Below, piece by piece: positions 24,433 to 34,304 of a DNA stretch of 43,273 nt. Position 1 is the stretch's first letter; every line of letters begins with the position of its first letter. The notes under the pieces are model-generated. The model did no database searches and was not told where the DNA came from. It saw only the letters and a program-made list of their open reading frames with translations. A program made the translations under genes and the position numbers. Origin of the DNA: a virus (Duplodnaviria; Caudoviricetes). Location: positions 1 through 43,273 of IMG/VR virus record IMGVR_UViG_3300033475_000060, one strand, 5' to 3'.

Positions 24433-25577
24433 AGCACGTTGACCGACCCGGCATCGAACGTCCCGCCCATCAGGCGAACTGTCGTCAGCTCTGCCGAGGT
24501 TGTTTTGCTACCGCCCATTGTTATGACACCGTTCGTTGCGGTGTCTTGGGCGAGAACTGCGGATGCAATCCACGTGTGCGTTGTATTCACTCTTGTGATG
24601 GTCACGGTTCCGGTCAGCGTCTCACCGGACGACGACCCGCTTGAACATGGGAACAAAGTGGAAGCGGTTCCCGCCGTTGGCCCGGTGTACCTTGCCGAAT
24701 AGCCGCTGGTCTCTACGCCTCCGCTGTCGCCCAACTGTATTCCGATTTGCACGGCCGTGCTCATGGACACGCCATTCAGCATGACAAATATGCGCTTAGC
24801 CCCAGCGGGAATAGTGAAGTCCTTGGTGGTGCCGGAGGTTGTGGCCTGTTCCGTGAGTAGAGTGGAGCCGCCCGCTGACGCGGAACTGTTCCATGTCGTG
24901 CCGTCACTCGTCAGCACATTGCCGCTCGTGCCGGGCGCTACGAAGTTTGGCGTCGACGTACCATTACCCAGGATGACATTGTTGGCCGTGAGGGTCGCTA
25001 ATCCGGTACCACCCTTGGTAACCGGAACGGTCACAATCGGCGTGCCATCAGCGCGCTGGTAAACCAGCACATGAACGTTGTCGCCACTATCCTGCACAGC
25101 GAGCATACGGTCGCCGGCCGCCGTTGTGATGTTCGCGCCGCCCGGCAGGTTCATTGTCGTGGCGTTGTGAGTAATGGTCAGGATGCCATCGAACTCGATC
25201 CACACCCCGCGACCGTTGGTGGCGGTCGCAAAGTCAATGTCCGTTATGCCGGTCGTGCCGGTGACATGGAAGAACCCGCCTTCGCCCACCGAAATGGTTC
25301 CGGCCGACGCGATATTTGCCCCTTTTTCCCATAAGGCTGCGAGCGCGTCTGGAGTGACTGCCTTGGTGGCATTGGTGCCAGTCAGGACTTCGGTGGTTGA
25401 AGCAGTGGCGGTGCCAAACTCACTGTTGTCGATGCCCGTCGCGACCTGCTTCATGATCTCGCGCAAGGCATTGTTAACTGCCGATGGCAGCATCACATTC
25501 TCAGCGAGACTGATGCCACCGACATCGGTGTTGTCGTCGGCAATAATCGCCCAATCGCTTACGGTGTCCTTGCTCAT
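24423..25577 (-). CDS. Tail fibre / receptor-binding protein
   Basis: N-terminal anchor PSAVNNALREIMKQVA, ASTTEVLTGT..KAVTP, VTKGGTG, GNVLTSDG repeats; G/T/S-rich. Confidence 0.85.
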   Translation of the reverse strand: MSKDTVSDWAIIADDNTDVGGISLAENVMLPSAVNNALREIMKQVATGIDNSEFGTATASTTEVLTGTNATKAVTPDALAALWEKGANIASAGTISVGEGGFFHVTGTTGITDIDFATATNGRGVWIEFDGILTITHNATTMNLPGGANITTAAGDRMLAVQDSGDNVHVLVYQRADGTPIVTVPVTKGGTGLATLTANNVILGNGTSTPNFVAPGTSGNVLTSDGTTWNSSASAGGSTLLTEQATTSGTTKDFTIPAGAKRIFVMLNGVSMSTAVQIGIQLGDSGGVETSGYSARYTGPTAGTASTLFPCSSGSSSGETLTGTVTITRVNTTHTWIASAVLAQDTATNGVITMGGSKTTSAELTTVRLMGGTFDAGSVNVLYE

Positions 25578-25588
25578 CTATGCCGACC

Positions 25589-26608
25589 TCACCCGTGCCA
25601 GACCATGTTGCGCTTGAACATCTCGTCGTTGGTGGCCTTGCGCGGTTTTTTGCTCGACAAGAGGCTGTCGCCGCCGCCTCCGCTACCGCTTGAATGAGGT
25701 CCAGCCGCCCAGCTTTCGCCGCCTGGTCCAACCTTGGAGCCGCCCCAGGATGTCGTGCCCTGCCCGGCACTGGCTTGCGCCGTCTGCTGCGCATGGGAAT
25801 TGGCCGAGGCGTAGGCGTCAGACGGCGACATTCCCTGAGCCCGCAGTTTGTCGATGAGCGTGGTTTGGCCAGCAGCTCGAGCTTGTTCGCCACGCATCTG
25901 CGCTTTGAGCTGACCAGCAAGATTCGCTGCTGCGTACTGCCCGGCCGGCCCAAGCCCCTGCTGACGACCGCGCTGCGCCCAATCGGTCAGCCCTACGACC
26001 TTGCCGTTCTGGTAGGTGTAGCCGTCCGTACCCTGGGTGATCGGAGCGGCCGGAGGAGTCGGCGTCGATGACCCGTTGCTGCCAGCCCACACGGTTGGCG
26101 CGATACCGGCCGGCGGCGGCCCTTGCGGCGCGATTCCGGGTGCCATCTGGCCATTGCCGATCAACGCTCCGCCCATGCCGGGATTGGCGCCCTGCTGGCC
26201 GTTGATTGCAGCCATGTCGATGCTGGTCGGCGCCCACGGCGGCCGAGCTCGCGGGAGGGGAACACTGGCCGTCGCCCCATAGTTTTGCACCGTTGGATAG
26301 CCGGCCGCCTGCCCTGCGGCGGCGGCGACAGCCGGGTTGGCGCTCCCATTGGAATAGGCTAGCTGTCCGGTCTGCGGGTCGACAGACCACCCGGCCATGG
26401 CGGCGAGCTGCGCTGCGGTCAACCCCGAGCCGGGAGATGGGTTGGGGAGCCCTGCCGAGCCTTGCGGCAAACGATCTTGCCCCATGCTGGCCGGCAGACC
26501 TCGCCCGAGCATGCCCGCCTGGTAGGACGGCTGGGCCGTAGGGAGCATGCCCTGATAGAACTTGTCCCAATTGATGTCCTGGGAGTTGATGTAGCTGGGA
26601 TCTGCCAT
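25589..26608 (-). CDS. G/A/P/Q-rich low-complexity protein, possible internal virion protein
   Basis: GGAG RBS before ATG 26608; between ejection genes and fibre. Confidence 0.65.
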   Translation of the reverse strand: MADPSYINSQDINWDKFYQGMLPTAQPSYQAGMLGRGLPASMGQDRLPQGSAGLPNPSPGSGLTAAQLAAMAGWSVDPQTGQLAYSNGSANPAVAAAAGQAAGYPTVQNYGATASVPLPRARPPWAPTSIDMAAINGQQGANPGMGGALIGNGQMAPGIAPQGPPPAGIAPTVWAGSNGSSTPTPPAAPITQGTDGYTYQNGKVVGLTDWAQRGRQQGLGPAGQYAAANLAGQLKAQMRGEQARAAGQTTLIDKLRAQGMSPSDAYASANSHAQQTAQASAGQGTTSWGGSKVGPGGESWAAGPHSSGSGGGGDSLLSSKKPRKATNDEMFKRNMVWHG

Positions 26609-26622
26609 GCGTGGCTCCATAG

Positions 26623-26649
26623 AAAAAGGCGGCCCGTGGGGACCGCCTT
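26623..26649 (-). terminator. Intrinsic terminator after the ejection-protein genes
   Basis: Minus strand AAGGCGGTCC-CCAC-GGGCCGCC-TTTTT. Confidence 0.75.
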
Positions 26650-26697
26650 GCGTGGGTGGTGGTGCGCGCCTATGTTTTGGCGGGGCTTGGAGGTGAG

Positions 26698-26835
26698 ATG
26701 GGCGAACGCGAAGACAACGAGATACCGAAAGGCCCGGATTGGCTAACCAGCCGGGGTTGGTGGTGGCAGGTCATTACCGTTGCGGTCGGGCTGGTTCTAA
26801 TCCGCTACTTCACGAACGGCGGGCACTTCTACTGA
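26698..26835 (+). CDS. 45-aa single-TM protein, antisense to the late operon
   Basis: GGAGGT RBS; MGEREDNEIPKGPDWLTSRGWWWQVITVAVGLVLIRYFTNGGHFY; below ORF-track cutoff. Confidence 0.65.
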   Translation: MGEREDNEIPKGPDWLTSRGWWWQVITVAVGLVLIRYFTNGGHFY

Positions 26836-28436
26836 CCCGATAGCGCCCCGCCCCGGATCAGCAGATCGATAGGCCGCTTTGCGCCGGCCAACAGGTTCGG
26901 AGCCTGCTTTGCGATAGGCACGCCGGGAGTAGCAGCAGCACCAAGAGCGCGGCGCGCTAGATTGGTAGTCATTGCCTCGCTGCCCTTCTTCGCGGCAGCG
27001 CCAATCGCGGGGCCAAGCACCAGCCCGATACCAGGCGCAAGCGAATTGCCGATCATCATGCCGGCAGCGCCGCCAATGCCATTCGTGGCCGTATTAGCGC
27101 CGAAGCCGAAGGTGCCGATAAGCTTAAGCAGGTTGGAGCCGGGCGTCCCCTCAACCACGTCGAGGATGGCGCGCTGTTCTGCCTTGGTGAACGTCTTCCA
27201 CGTCTGCTCGTCCTTGACCAAGGCGCGGAGAGCATTCCGGATACCCTTTTCAGGGCCAGATGCAGCTACCTGACCGGCGTTGATTGCCTTCTCAACGGCC
27301 GCAACCTTGCTGGCGCGCGACCATGTCGAGATTCCCATCATGAGGTCGTTTGCTGCCTGTCGCGGATCACCACCGCCAAGAATATCGGATGGCTTCAATG
27401 TCTTGATGAAGTCGTCCATCTTGGAAATCACAGACCGGCCGAACGCAGCGTCACGGCCCTGCGGGCTGTCGGCTACACTCCCCGCCAGCTGGCGGATGAG
27501 GTGCAGATCCTTCATGTCCACTTTGGTGCCAGTCGCCGTCTCGTCGGCAATTCGCATCAGCGTATTGAGCAGACCTACCGACTGCTGATCGTTGTCGGCA
27601 TTAATGCGGAACTTGTCTGCGACATGCTTCACGTCCCCGAGGAATCGGAAATAAGCGGTGTCGTTGACCATCAGCGGCTTGCCGCCTGTCGATGCTTCGA
27701 ACATCTGCGAAGCGGCGCTCTTTAGGTCCGTAGCAGATGGTGCTCCAACAATGGCCTTCTTGGTGAGGTTGCGCTGCGCTCCGGCCGTGAACGCGTCCGC
27801 GACCTTGCCACCAACGCCGGAGACAAAATCTCCCGCCAGCGAGCCTCCCACACCGGCAAGAACCGGCAAACCGTAGCCGGTCGCCTCGAGGCCGCTCTTG
27901 CCCTTGGTCAGCTGATCGGCAGTGTAGAGGCCTTGCGAGGACAGGCCGGCGTTGACCAGCTTGCCGAGACCCTGCCCCGACATGCCTAGCGCTTCCGCTC
28001 CGAGCCTGGTTGCGCCGAGGGCACCAAGACCGCCAACTGTGCCGCCGATTTCACCAGACAACCGGGCCAACGGCGCCTGTTTGGCAAACCCCTCCCGAAC
28101 GGCTTTTTGGTGCTCAACGTAGTCGGCATAGTTGCCGCCCGTGAGTTGCGCGACAGTGCCGCCCATAGCGTCCGTGAGGTTCTGCAGCCCAGGCACTGAG
28201 GCGCTGAGGCCGTTGACCGTCGCCATGGTCGATGACAGCAGATCAGGGCGCGGGGTTGGCGCTGGCTGGCGAGAAGGGAGATCCGCGACCTTACCCTGCA
28301 GCTGTGCGCCAGATGGCAAGTCCGGGCCGAGCGAGGCCGCGATCTCGTTTACCGTCGCTTCCTGCTGATCGGGTGGGAGCGACAGAAAGCTGTCGTCCAC
28401 CTTCACTTTGCGGCCGTTGACGGTCAGCGTAGCCAT
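26829..28436 (-). CDS. DNA ejection protein (P22 gp16 position)
   Basis: Large Ala/Gly-rich helical protein with C-terminal hydrophobic glycine-rich helices. Confidence 0.7.
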   Translation of the reverse strand: MATLTVNGRKVKVDDSFLSLPPDQQEATVNEIAASLGPDLPSGAQLQGKVADLPSRQPAPTPRPDLLSSTMATVNGLSASVPGLQNLTDAMGGTVAQLTGGNYADYVEHQKAVREGFAKQAPLARLSGEIGGTVGGLGALGATRLGAEALGMSGQGLGKLVNAGLSSQGLYTADQLTKGKSGLEATGYGLPVLAGVGGSLAGDFVSGVGGKVADAFTAGAQRNLTKKAIVGAPSATDLKSAASQMFEASTGGKPLMVNDTAYFRFLGDVKHVADKFRINADNDQQSVGLLNTLMRIADETATGTKVDMKDLHLIRQLAGSVADSPQGRDAAFGRSVISKMDDFIKTLKPSDILGGGDPRQAANDLMMGISTWSRASKVAAVEKAINAGQVAASGPEKGIRNALRALVKDEQTWKTFTKAEQRAILDVVEGTPGSNLLKLIGTFGFGANTATNGIGGAAGMMIGNSLAPGIGLVLGPAIGAAAKKGSEAMTTNLARRALGAAATPGVPIAKQAPNLLAGAKRPIDLLIRGGALSGQ

Positions 28437-29575
28437 CAGGGTTCAACGCTCCACTGGACGCCGCTAGAGGTGACATTGCCACTGGTGAGGGCTGCAGGCG
28501 GTTGTGCAGCACCGCCAGACGAGAACTGCGTTCCGGCCTTCTGCTGCAGCACGGCATATCCCTGTCGCAACACCTGCTCGAGGTCGGCAAGCGCTGCGTC
28601 GAAATCTTCCTGCTTCTGCGCCGTGCTGAGCCGGGCCATGGCCGCCTGGGCCTTTCCGCCTTCTTGCTCAGTGATAGCCCCGGCTCCCTTGAGCGCCTGG
28701 TACGCCTGCAGGAAATTCTGCCCGACGACCTGCTCAACGCGCTGCTTGTAGCCATACTTGTCCGTCGCGGGCGCGGTCGGCAGCCACTGCTGCGGAACGC
28801 CAAGGACGTTGCCGAAGGTTTCCTCGCGCCCCTTCGTGTCGTTCTTCAGCGCATCGATATTGGCAAGTTCCTGCTCGAGGTTGAGCTTGGCGTTCGGGAG
28901 GCTGAACTGCACCCCACCCTGCGCCGTACCGTAGGCCGTCCCCGCCGCTCTGTCGGCATTGACCGCGCCCGGGTCGAAAACCCAATCGGTGGCATTGGCC
29001 GGCTCATTGGTGAGCGTGTTGATCATAGAGCCGTCCGACATCGGGGCAAACGGAGCCCATTCCCCAGTCTTGCGGTTGCGCATCGGGATCGGCTGGCCTA
29101 CGCCAGCTCGTACCGACTGATTGCCGCCTGGCAGTTCACCCGTGAGAACGAACCGCGTCCTGTCGTCGCCCTGCAGGCCATACTGGTCTGCGAGCTGCTG
29201 ACGAACGGTGGCATTCTCCGCCAAGGCATTCGGCGCGCCATCCTTGGGCTGCATACGCTGCATCGCCGCCTGCCATGCCTCCTGCACGGGCATGCCGGCA
29301 TCGACCATCTGCGCCAGATCGGGATGATTGGACTGCAGCCAGTTCTTGGTCGCATTGAGCTGCTGTTCGGCAAGCTTGGACGCCTTCAGCTTCTCGGCTT
29401 GCTGCAGATCAAGCTGCTTGGCCTGGGGCACCTGCGCCAGTCCAGCCGACAGCCCCGACTGGATATTCTGTCCCTGCCCTAGCCCAGAACCTATGGCGTT
29501 GAGTAAGTTCTGGTTCTGGTCGGTCCACTGCGTGAACGGGTTTTCTGCTCCTAACAGAAGGCTCGCGATTCCCAT
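28436..29575 (-). CDS. DNA ejection protein (P22 gp20 position)
   Basis: Q/A-rich helical; AYQALKGAGAITEQEG motif; TGATG-coupled. Confidence 0.7.
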   Translation of the reverse strand: MGIASLLLGAENPFTQWTDQNQNLLNAIGSGLGQGQNIQSGLSAGLAQVPQAKQLDLQQAEKLKASKLAEQQLNATKNWLQSNHPDLAQMVDAGMPVQEAWQAAMQRMQPKDGAPNALAENATVRQQLADQYGLQGDDRTRFVLTGELPGGNQSVRAGVGQPIPMRNRKTGEWAPFAPMSDGSMINTLTNEPANATDWVFDPGAVNADRAAGTAYGTAQGGVQFSLPNAKLNLEQELANIDALKNDTKGREETFGNVLGVPQQWLPTAPATDKYGYKQRVEQVVGQNFLQAYQALKGAGAITEQEGGKAQAAMARLSTAQKQEDFDAALADLEQVLRQGYAVLQQKAGTQFSSGGAAQPPAALTSGNVTSSGVQWSVEP

Positions 29576-29584
29576 CGTGTTCTC

Positions 29585-30277
29585 CTAGAGCAGGCTGACG
29601 CCAAGGCCCAAAAGTTGCTGCCATAATGGCGTCGTCGGCGTGCTCGTGGTCTGCGTCGTGCCCGCCGAGCTGGCCGCGCCGCTGAGCGTGCCGGTGGCGC
29701 GATTGAGGTAGTCCCACACGCCGCTTTCCTTTGCCTTGGCATCGGCATCCATCGATGCGCCGACACTCTGCTGGATCGAGGAGGGAAGCTGGTTCGCGGC
29801 GTAGAGCTGCGGCAGCATGTTGGCAGCTTCGGACTGACGCGCCAGGCTGTCGGAGTACTGCTTGTAATCGAGCCCCGCGAGGCTATCGGCCAGACTGCTC
29901 GTTGCCGTACCGACATGCGAACCGGAGCCGAACCGGCCCGAGCCCGTGAAGATCGAATTGACATCGGTCAGAGTGTCGTTGGCAAGCTTTGTTCGAAGAG
30001 TCGCATAGCCCGGATCATTCTGCCCGATCTCATTGCCCGCTGCCCGGTTGCCGTAGGACTGCAACGCCCCAGCGATGCCGCTCGAATAGCCCGTTGGATT
30101 GGCGGCATTGAGGGATGCCTGCCAGCCACCGGTAGTGGTCGAGGATGGGGCAACGTAGGACGTTCCACCGGGCGTGTAGGCGTCGCCAATGCCCTTGGCG
30201 AGCTTGTTGACGGTCGCGGTGACCTGCGGACTGGACGAGCCACTGGTCGTCGTCGTCTTGTTGGTGCTGGAACCCAT
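29585..30277 (-). CDS. Pilot/ejection protein (P22 gp7 position)
   Basis: MGSSTNKTTTTS start, SGRFGSG motif, amphipathic C-terminus. Confidence 0.7.
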   Translation of the reverse strand: MGSSTNKTTTTSGSSSPQVTATVNKLAKGIGDAYTPGGTSYVAPSSTTTGGWQASLNAANPTGYSSGIAGALQSYGNRAAGNEIGQNDPGYATLRTKLANDTLTDVNSIFTGSGRFGSGSHVGTATSSLADSLAGLDYKQYSDSLARQSEAANMLPQLYAANQLPSSIQQSVGASMDADAKAKESGVWDYLNRATGTLSGAASSAGTTQTTSTPTTPLWQQLLGLGVSLL

Positions 30278-30278
30278 A

Positions 30279-30578
30279 TTACAAGACCTTCCTGAGTGCG
30301 TGGCCTTCACCGGCCGGCCACGGCACATAGCCGAGCGGTTCAAGTGCAAATGACCAATCACGGCCCTCGGTGCGCATCTCTGCGCAGCCGGCCGCTTTGG
30401 CGATGCGTTCAAGCTTCCTGATTTCGTCGCGCACGGCCTGCAGCCATGCTTTCGGTCCGAGCGCGATAGTCCCGCTCAGGGTGTGGATGAGGCAGATCGT
30501 CTGCCCCGCTTCTTCGTATCCCTCAAGCCAGATGACGACCGCAATTCCTGGTCGTTCAACAACCGCAGGGACCAACAT
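30279..30578 (-). CDS. Small GNAT-like tail assembly protein
   Basis: ERIAKAAGCAEMRTEGR..LGY pattern at the usual pre-ejection-gene position. Confidence 0.55.
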   Translation of the reverse strand: MLVPAVVERPGIAVVIWLEGYEEAGQTICLIHTLSGTIALGPKAWLQAVRDEIRKLERIAKAAGCAEMRTEGRDWSFALEPLGYVPWPAGEGHALRKVL

Positions 30579-31159
30579 TACTTACCGGTTAGCATCGCGC
30601 GGAGGCCAGGAGGCACCAGCCTGATCTTGACCGGCCGCCCCGAGCCTTGCGGCGCTACGACATTGCCGATCACGTTTCCGACGCCTAGCAGGCCGTTGTT
30701 TTCCATCCCGTAGGCCAGTGCCCCGAGAATGCCGCCGCGCTTGGCTATCGCCTCGTCTGCCTGCGCCTTTGGCGCCCCGAAATCGTATTGGTCAGTGATT
30801 TCGACAGTGCCGTCCGGCGCCCGCTTGAATTTCGCCATCCCCAGCGTGAACGCCATGGATGCCGGGAGTTGCGTCAGGGCATTGACGACAGCGCCCGAGC
30901 CCTCAGCCCACGGGTCCGCTTCGCCATAGTCGCCATATCCGATATACTGGCGCCCTTCCTTTTCAGCCTTGCGAACCGCCTTCTCCAGAAGTTTCAGTTC
31001 GGCCGGCCCGAAGTCCTGCTCCGTGATGGGTCGCTGGTTTCCGAGCAAGGTACTCAGCAGGGTTCTGGCTGCAGGCCCTGGCCCAGCCGCATAGGCGCGA
31101 TCCATCCCGGCAGCGTCGACTGCCATCGGGTTCGGGATGGGGATCTCATTGTTCGCCAT
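30578..31159 (-). CDS. Hypothetical protein in tail module
   Basis: Co-oriented 193-aa ORF; GTVEITDQYDF motif. Confidence 0.65.
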   Translation of the reverse strand: MANNEIPIPNPMAVDAAGMDRAYAAGPGPAARTLLSTLLGNQRPITEQDFGPAELKLLEKAVRKAEKEGRQYIGYGDYGEADPWAEGSGAVVNALTQLPASMAFTLGMAKFKRAPDGTVEITDQYDFGAPKAQADEAIAKRGGILGALAYGMENNGLLGVGNVIGNVVAPQGSGRPVKIRLVPPGLRAMLTGK

Positions 31160-31161
31160 GG

Positions 31162-31503
31162 TCAGCGGTTCGCAAGCGCACTCGAAGCGAGGTAGGTCAC
31201 GGTCACGTCGAAATGCCCCGCCGCATCGCTGGACTGCGCCTTGAGCACGTCGCCTTGGTCGAGAACCAGCACTTCATCGATCAGCACCCTTTGGCGCGCT
31301 GTCACCGCGAGCACGCTGCGCAGGTAGTAGTTGATCGCGCTTTTTAGGCGGTAGATTGCCAGGGTCGGCGTGCCGCCATTGTTCTCCGTCGCCGCGATGG
31401 CAACGATCGTGGTGCGTTTCGCCGCGGTGAAGATGGTCGTAGCCGTGTTGTCGGTCAGTCGCGTCCATTCGGTCTGCGGCTGGCCATTGACGAGAACGCT
31501 CAC
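31162..31503 (-). CDS. Small beta-rich virion protein
   Basis: LVLDQGDVLKA pattern; GTGA coupling to nozzle gene. Confidence 0.65.
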   Translation of the reverse strand: MSVLVNGQPQTEWTRLTDNTATTIFTAAKRTTIVAIAATENNGGTPTLAIYRLKSAINYYLRSVLAVTARQRVLIDEVLVLDQGDVLKAQSSDAAGHFDVTVTYLASSALANR

Positions 31504-32963
31504 CGCACGCCCCCGCCTGCGCTCTGGACGTGATCAACGCCGCGCGCATAGGTCCATGTCGACGACGCCGCGATCTGGCGGCGAAAGGCCACGTTCTTGC
31601 CCCTGCCCCGCAACGGAGCCCGTCCACTCGAGACCTTGGCCGCCCCGGTCTTCCACGTGATGGAATCTGCGGGCTCGTCCTTCACTCCCAATTCCAGCGT
31701 TCCAGCACTCGCATCATCGACCGGAGTGGCCCATGCGATCAGCGTCGTTACCGGGCTATTGGTGGTCGACGTGGTCAGGACAGCAGCCTGGTTGCTGCCT
31801 GAGAACGTGCCGAATTTGGCTGATGCATCCAGCGCCCCGAACAGGGGTTGTCCGCCTTGGAACGCGCGGCTATCCAGCGGAACGTCGATGCTGTCGAGCA
31901 CGCCGTAACTATCCATGCTATCGAGAGTGACACCTGGCGTGGCTATGTCGGCAAGGTACGTCGTCTGCACAGAGTTGGTGACCCAGCGATCCCACTGCCA
32001 CGAATAGCCGATCATCCGGTCAAAGATCACGTCCGATGATGCGCCCTGCGCCTTGAAGCGCCACCAGATCATCTTGGTATAGGGATCGACCTGCCCCTGC
32101 ACGAGGCTCAAATCCGACTGGTCGACATTGCTGAAGAACCACTCGTCAACCTTACCCGCCCCAATGGTCTTGACCCCACCACTCAGCGTGAATTGCCGGA
32201 AGCCGTCCGTTGCCAGCCAGTAGATTGCCCCATCATAGGACACACAGGATCGCTGCCCAACCGACCCCAGCTCGCTCGATACGGTGCGCAGCGAGTAGAG
32301 CGCGCCCCCACCGGCATTGCCAAACTGGATAAGCCGAACCGCCCGTTCCTGCAGGATCAGCGCAGCACCGTCCTTAAGGTCAGCGCCGTAGATCAGCGCA
32401 CCGCCCTCCTCAAGCGGCTGATAGTCCGCCGCGCCCGTGGTCCAGTTGGTGAAGCTGTTGAAGTCGGAATTGCGAATGAGCCGATTGTTGCGAACGCTGG
32501 TATCGTCGAGGCAATCGAGCCCGAAAATCATGTTGGCGCAGGTGAAGATGAAGCGCGGATCACCCGCCGCGGCGATAGCCGAGAACCCTGCCGGCGTCTC
32601 GACATTGTAGCTCTGCAACCCATCCGTGGTATCGGTGAGCAGCAAGTATGACCCGAAGTGGATGGCGGAGACATCATCCCCGGCAGTGACGTTTAGCCCT
32701 GCAGTTAGCGCCGTCCAGCCATAAGTCGCGTCCATGATATAGGCTTCGGTCGCAGTGAAGGCGTAGACCTGCCAAGCGCCGTCGTTCTTCACCAGCGAGA
32801 TCATACCGCGCGGGTCAGCCGGTAGCGCCGCCGCACTCACAGAGACATTCAGACCGGGTGCTGGCCCATAGCCGATACGCTGCGGCAGAACCCCATCGGC
32901 TACGACGCAGATGCCGGGCTCCAATTCGCCAGCATCGGGAGCCAGTTCGCCGAATGGGATCAT
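31500..32963 (-). CDS. Tail nozzle / DNA stabilisation protein (P22 gp10-like)
   Basis: IPFGELAPD start, propeller-like repeats, position after adaptor. Confidence 0.75.
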   Translation of the reverse strand: MIPFGELAPDAGELEPGICVVADGVLPQRIGYGPAPGLNVSVSAAALPADPRGMISLVKNDGAWQVYAFTATEAYIMDATYGWTALTAGLNVTAGDDVSAIHFGSYLLLTDTTDGLQSYNVETPAGFSAIAAAGDPRFIFTCANMIFGLDCLDDTSVRNNRLIRNSDFNSFTNWTTGAADYQPLEEGGALIYGADLKDGAALILQERAVRLIQFGNAGGGALYSLRTVSSELGSVGQRSCVSYDGAIYWLATDGFRQFTLSGGVKTIGAGKVDEWFFSNVDQSDLSLVQGQVDPYTKMIWWRFKAQGASSDVIFDRMIGYSWQWDRWVTNSVQTTYLADIATPGVTLDSMDSYGVLDSIDVPLDSRAFQGGQPLFGALDASAKFGTFSGSNQAAVLTTSTTNSPVTTLIAWATPVDDASAGTLELGVKDEPADSITWKTGAAKVSSGRAPLRGRGKNVAFRRQIAASSTWTYARGVDHVQSAGGGVR

Positions 32964-33562
32964 GGTGTGGCGCCCCGCATGGTCATGCCAGACCGCCCAT
33001 AGGCTCCGACCGTCGATTGCATCCCCAGATCGCTCAGAGTCTGCAGCGCCTGCTGTTTCAGGACGGACGCGCCTTGGAAGTCCTCGAACTTGGCCTTTGC
33101 CATGCTGAGGCACATCGACAGGTAAGCCTGAGGCGCGTTGGTGATCAGCCAGTTTGTGGTATTCGACCCGGACAGCCCCGTCAGGGTGCCATCGTAGACG
33201 AACGTCGCGTCGCCGGTATAAAGCGGCGCCGAATAGACGCTTGACCCGCTGATCGCAACGATGGCCGGGGAACTGCCCGTTGTGCCGGTCGCATTGACGG
33301 CGTTGACCGTGCCGATGTCGCGAAACGGAATGTCGCCGTAGGTCTCATGGGTTAGCGAGATCGGGCGGATAAAGCCGGTCGGCAGTGCTGCCACGCCGGC
33401 CGCGAACGTCAGCGTTGCTGTGGTTTCCTTGGCGTAGTTCGGACCGAAGTAAATGCGGAACTCGCTTTCCGCCAGCCCGATCAGCTCGTCGGTGTCATGC
33501 GTCCGCTCGTCCCAGGTATTGATGGCTGCTGAAAGGGTCGCGTAGTCGGTGATCGCCGCCAT
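32960..33562 (-). CDS. Head-tail adaptor protein
   Basis: ITDYATLSAAI..IGLAE..ALPTGF..TNWLITNAPQAYL. Confidence 0.8.
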   Translation of the reverse strand: MAAITDYATLSAAINTWDERTHDTDELIGLAESEFRIYFGPNYAKETTATLTFAAGVAALPTGFIRPISLTHETYGDIPFRDIGTVNAVNATGTTGSSPAIVAISGSSVYSAPLYTGDATFVYDGTLTGLSGSNTTNWLITNAPQAYLSMCLSMAKAKFEDFQGASVLKQQALQTLSDLGMQSTVGAYGRSGMTMRGATP

Positions 33563-33882
33563 CAGACGTTGCCCCTGCTTGTCCGGAACTTGGCGTTATC
33601 GCTATCGTTCAGCACTTTGGAGATGTACCGGCGGTCGCCCATATCAACGGCGACGTCCAACCCGGTTTTTTCGATCATCGTCAGCGGTATCGACGCGGCA
33701 CGGTTCCATTCGCCGAACCGCATGCCATGCGTGGCCTTCTCGGCTTCTGCATTGGCCTCGAGGATAGCATCGACTTCCTGCTCGACATGCGCGCCGCGCA
33801 GCTCGCCCCGCTCATTGAAGACCAGCCAGACCGTGCGGCCGATCTCGGGGTCATAGTCGAAGAAGACGCGGTGATCGGCCAT
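33562..33882 (-). CDS. Conserved head-module hypothetical protein
   Basis: QEVDAILEAN..WNRAASIP..LNDSDNAKFRT; ATG 33882. Confidence 0.75.
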   Translation of the reverse strand: MADHRVFFDYDPEIGRTVWLVFNERGELRGAHVEQEVDAILEANAEAEKATHGMRFGEWNRAASIPLTMIEKTGLDVAVDMGDRRYISKVLNDSDNAKFRTSRGNV

Positions 33883-33887
33883 GCTGG

Positions 33888-34247
33888 TCAGGCCGGCTTC
33901 TTGCCGGGACGAGCCACGCCCGCTTCGTACCACTTTTCGGCAATCTCCTCCGTCACGTCGATGGTTTCGCCTGCGTTGTGGCGTTCGTCGGCTACGGGCC
34001 AGGCATCGCGCAGCAGGAATACCGGAACCTTGCGAGCTGCCTCGAATGCAGCTTTGTCTGCTTCGGCTGCCGCTTCCTGCGCCTCGAGCACCTTGACGGC
34101 CAGCGTATCGGTGTCCCACTCGGGATCGATCGCCAGATCCAGCGCCTTCGCCTGGTCCTTGAGCACCTGACTGGCCTCAACCAGATCGCGGGCGGCCTTT
34201 TCTTCGTCAGTCATCGGCGGCTTGGGATTCGGGATACCCTTTGGCAT
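33888..34247 (-). CDS. Hypothetical head-module protein
   Basis: AAAGGA RBS; GETIDVTEEIAEKWYEAGVA motif. Confidence 0.7.
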   Translation of the reverse strand: MPKGIPNPKPPMTDEEKAARDLVEASQVLKDQAKALDLAIDPEWDTDTLAVKVLEAQEAAAEADKAAFEAARKVPVFLLRDAWPVADERHNAGETIDVTEEIAEKWYEAGVARPGKKPA

Positions 34248-34273
34248 CTGGATTTCCTTTGTGATTTCAATGG

Positions 34274-34299
34274 AAAGGGCAGAGATTTCTCCCCGCCCC
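34274..34299 (-). terminator. Probable terminator after second decoration-like gene
   Basis: Minus strand GGGGCGGGGA-GAAA-TCTCTGCCC-TTT. Confidence 0.5.
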
Positions 34300-34304
34300 A
34301 GCGA

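Noticed and set aside
24423-25577. Diversity-generating retroelement or invertible fibre cassette
   Set aside because: No reverse transcriptase, no invertase and no duplicate of the fibre 3' end seen
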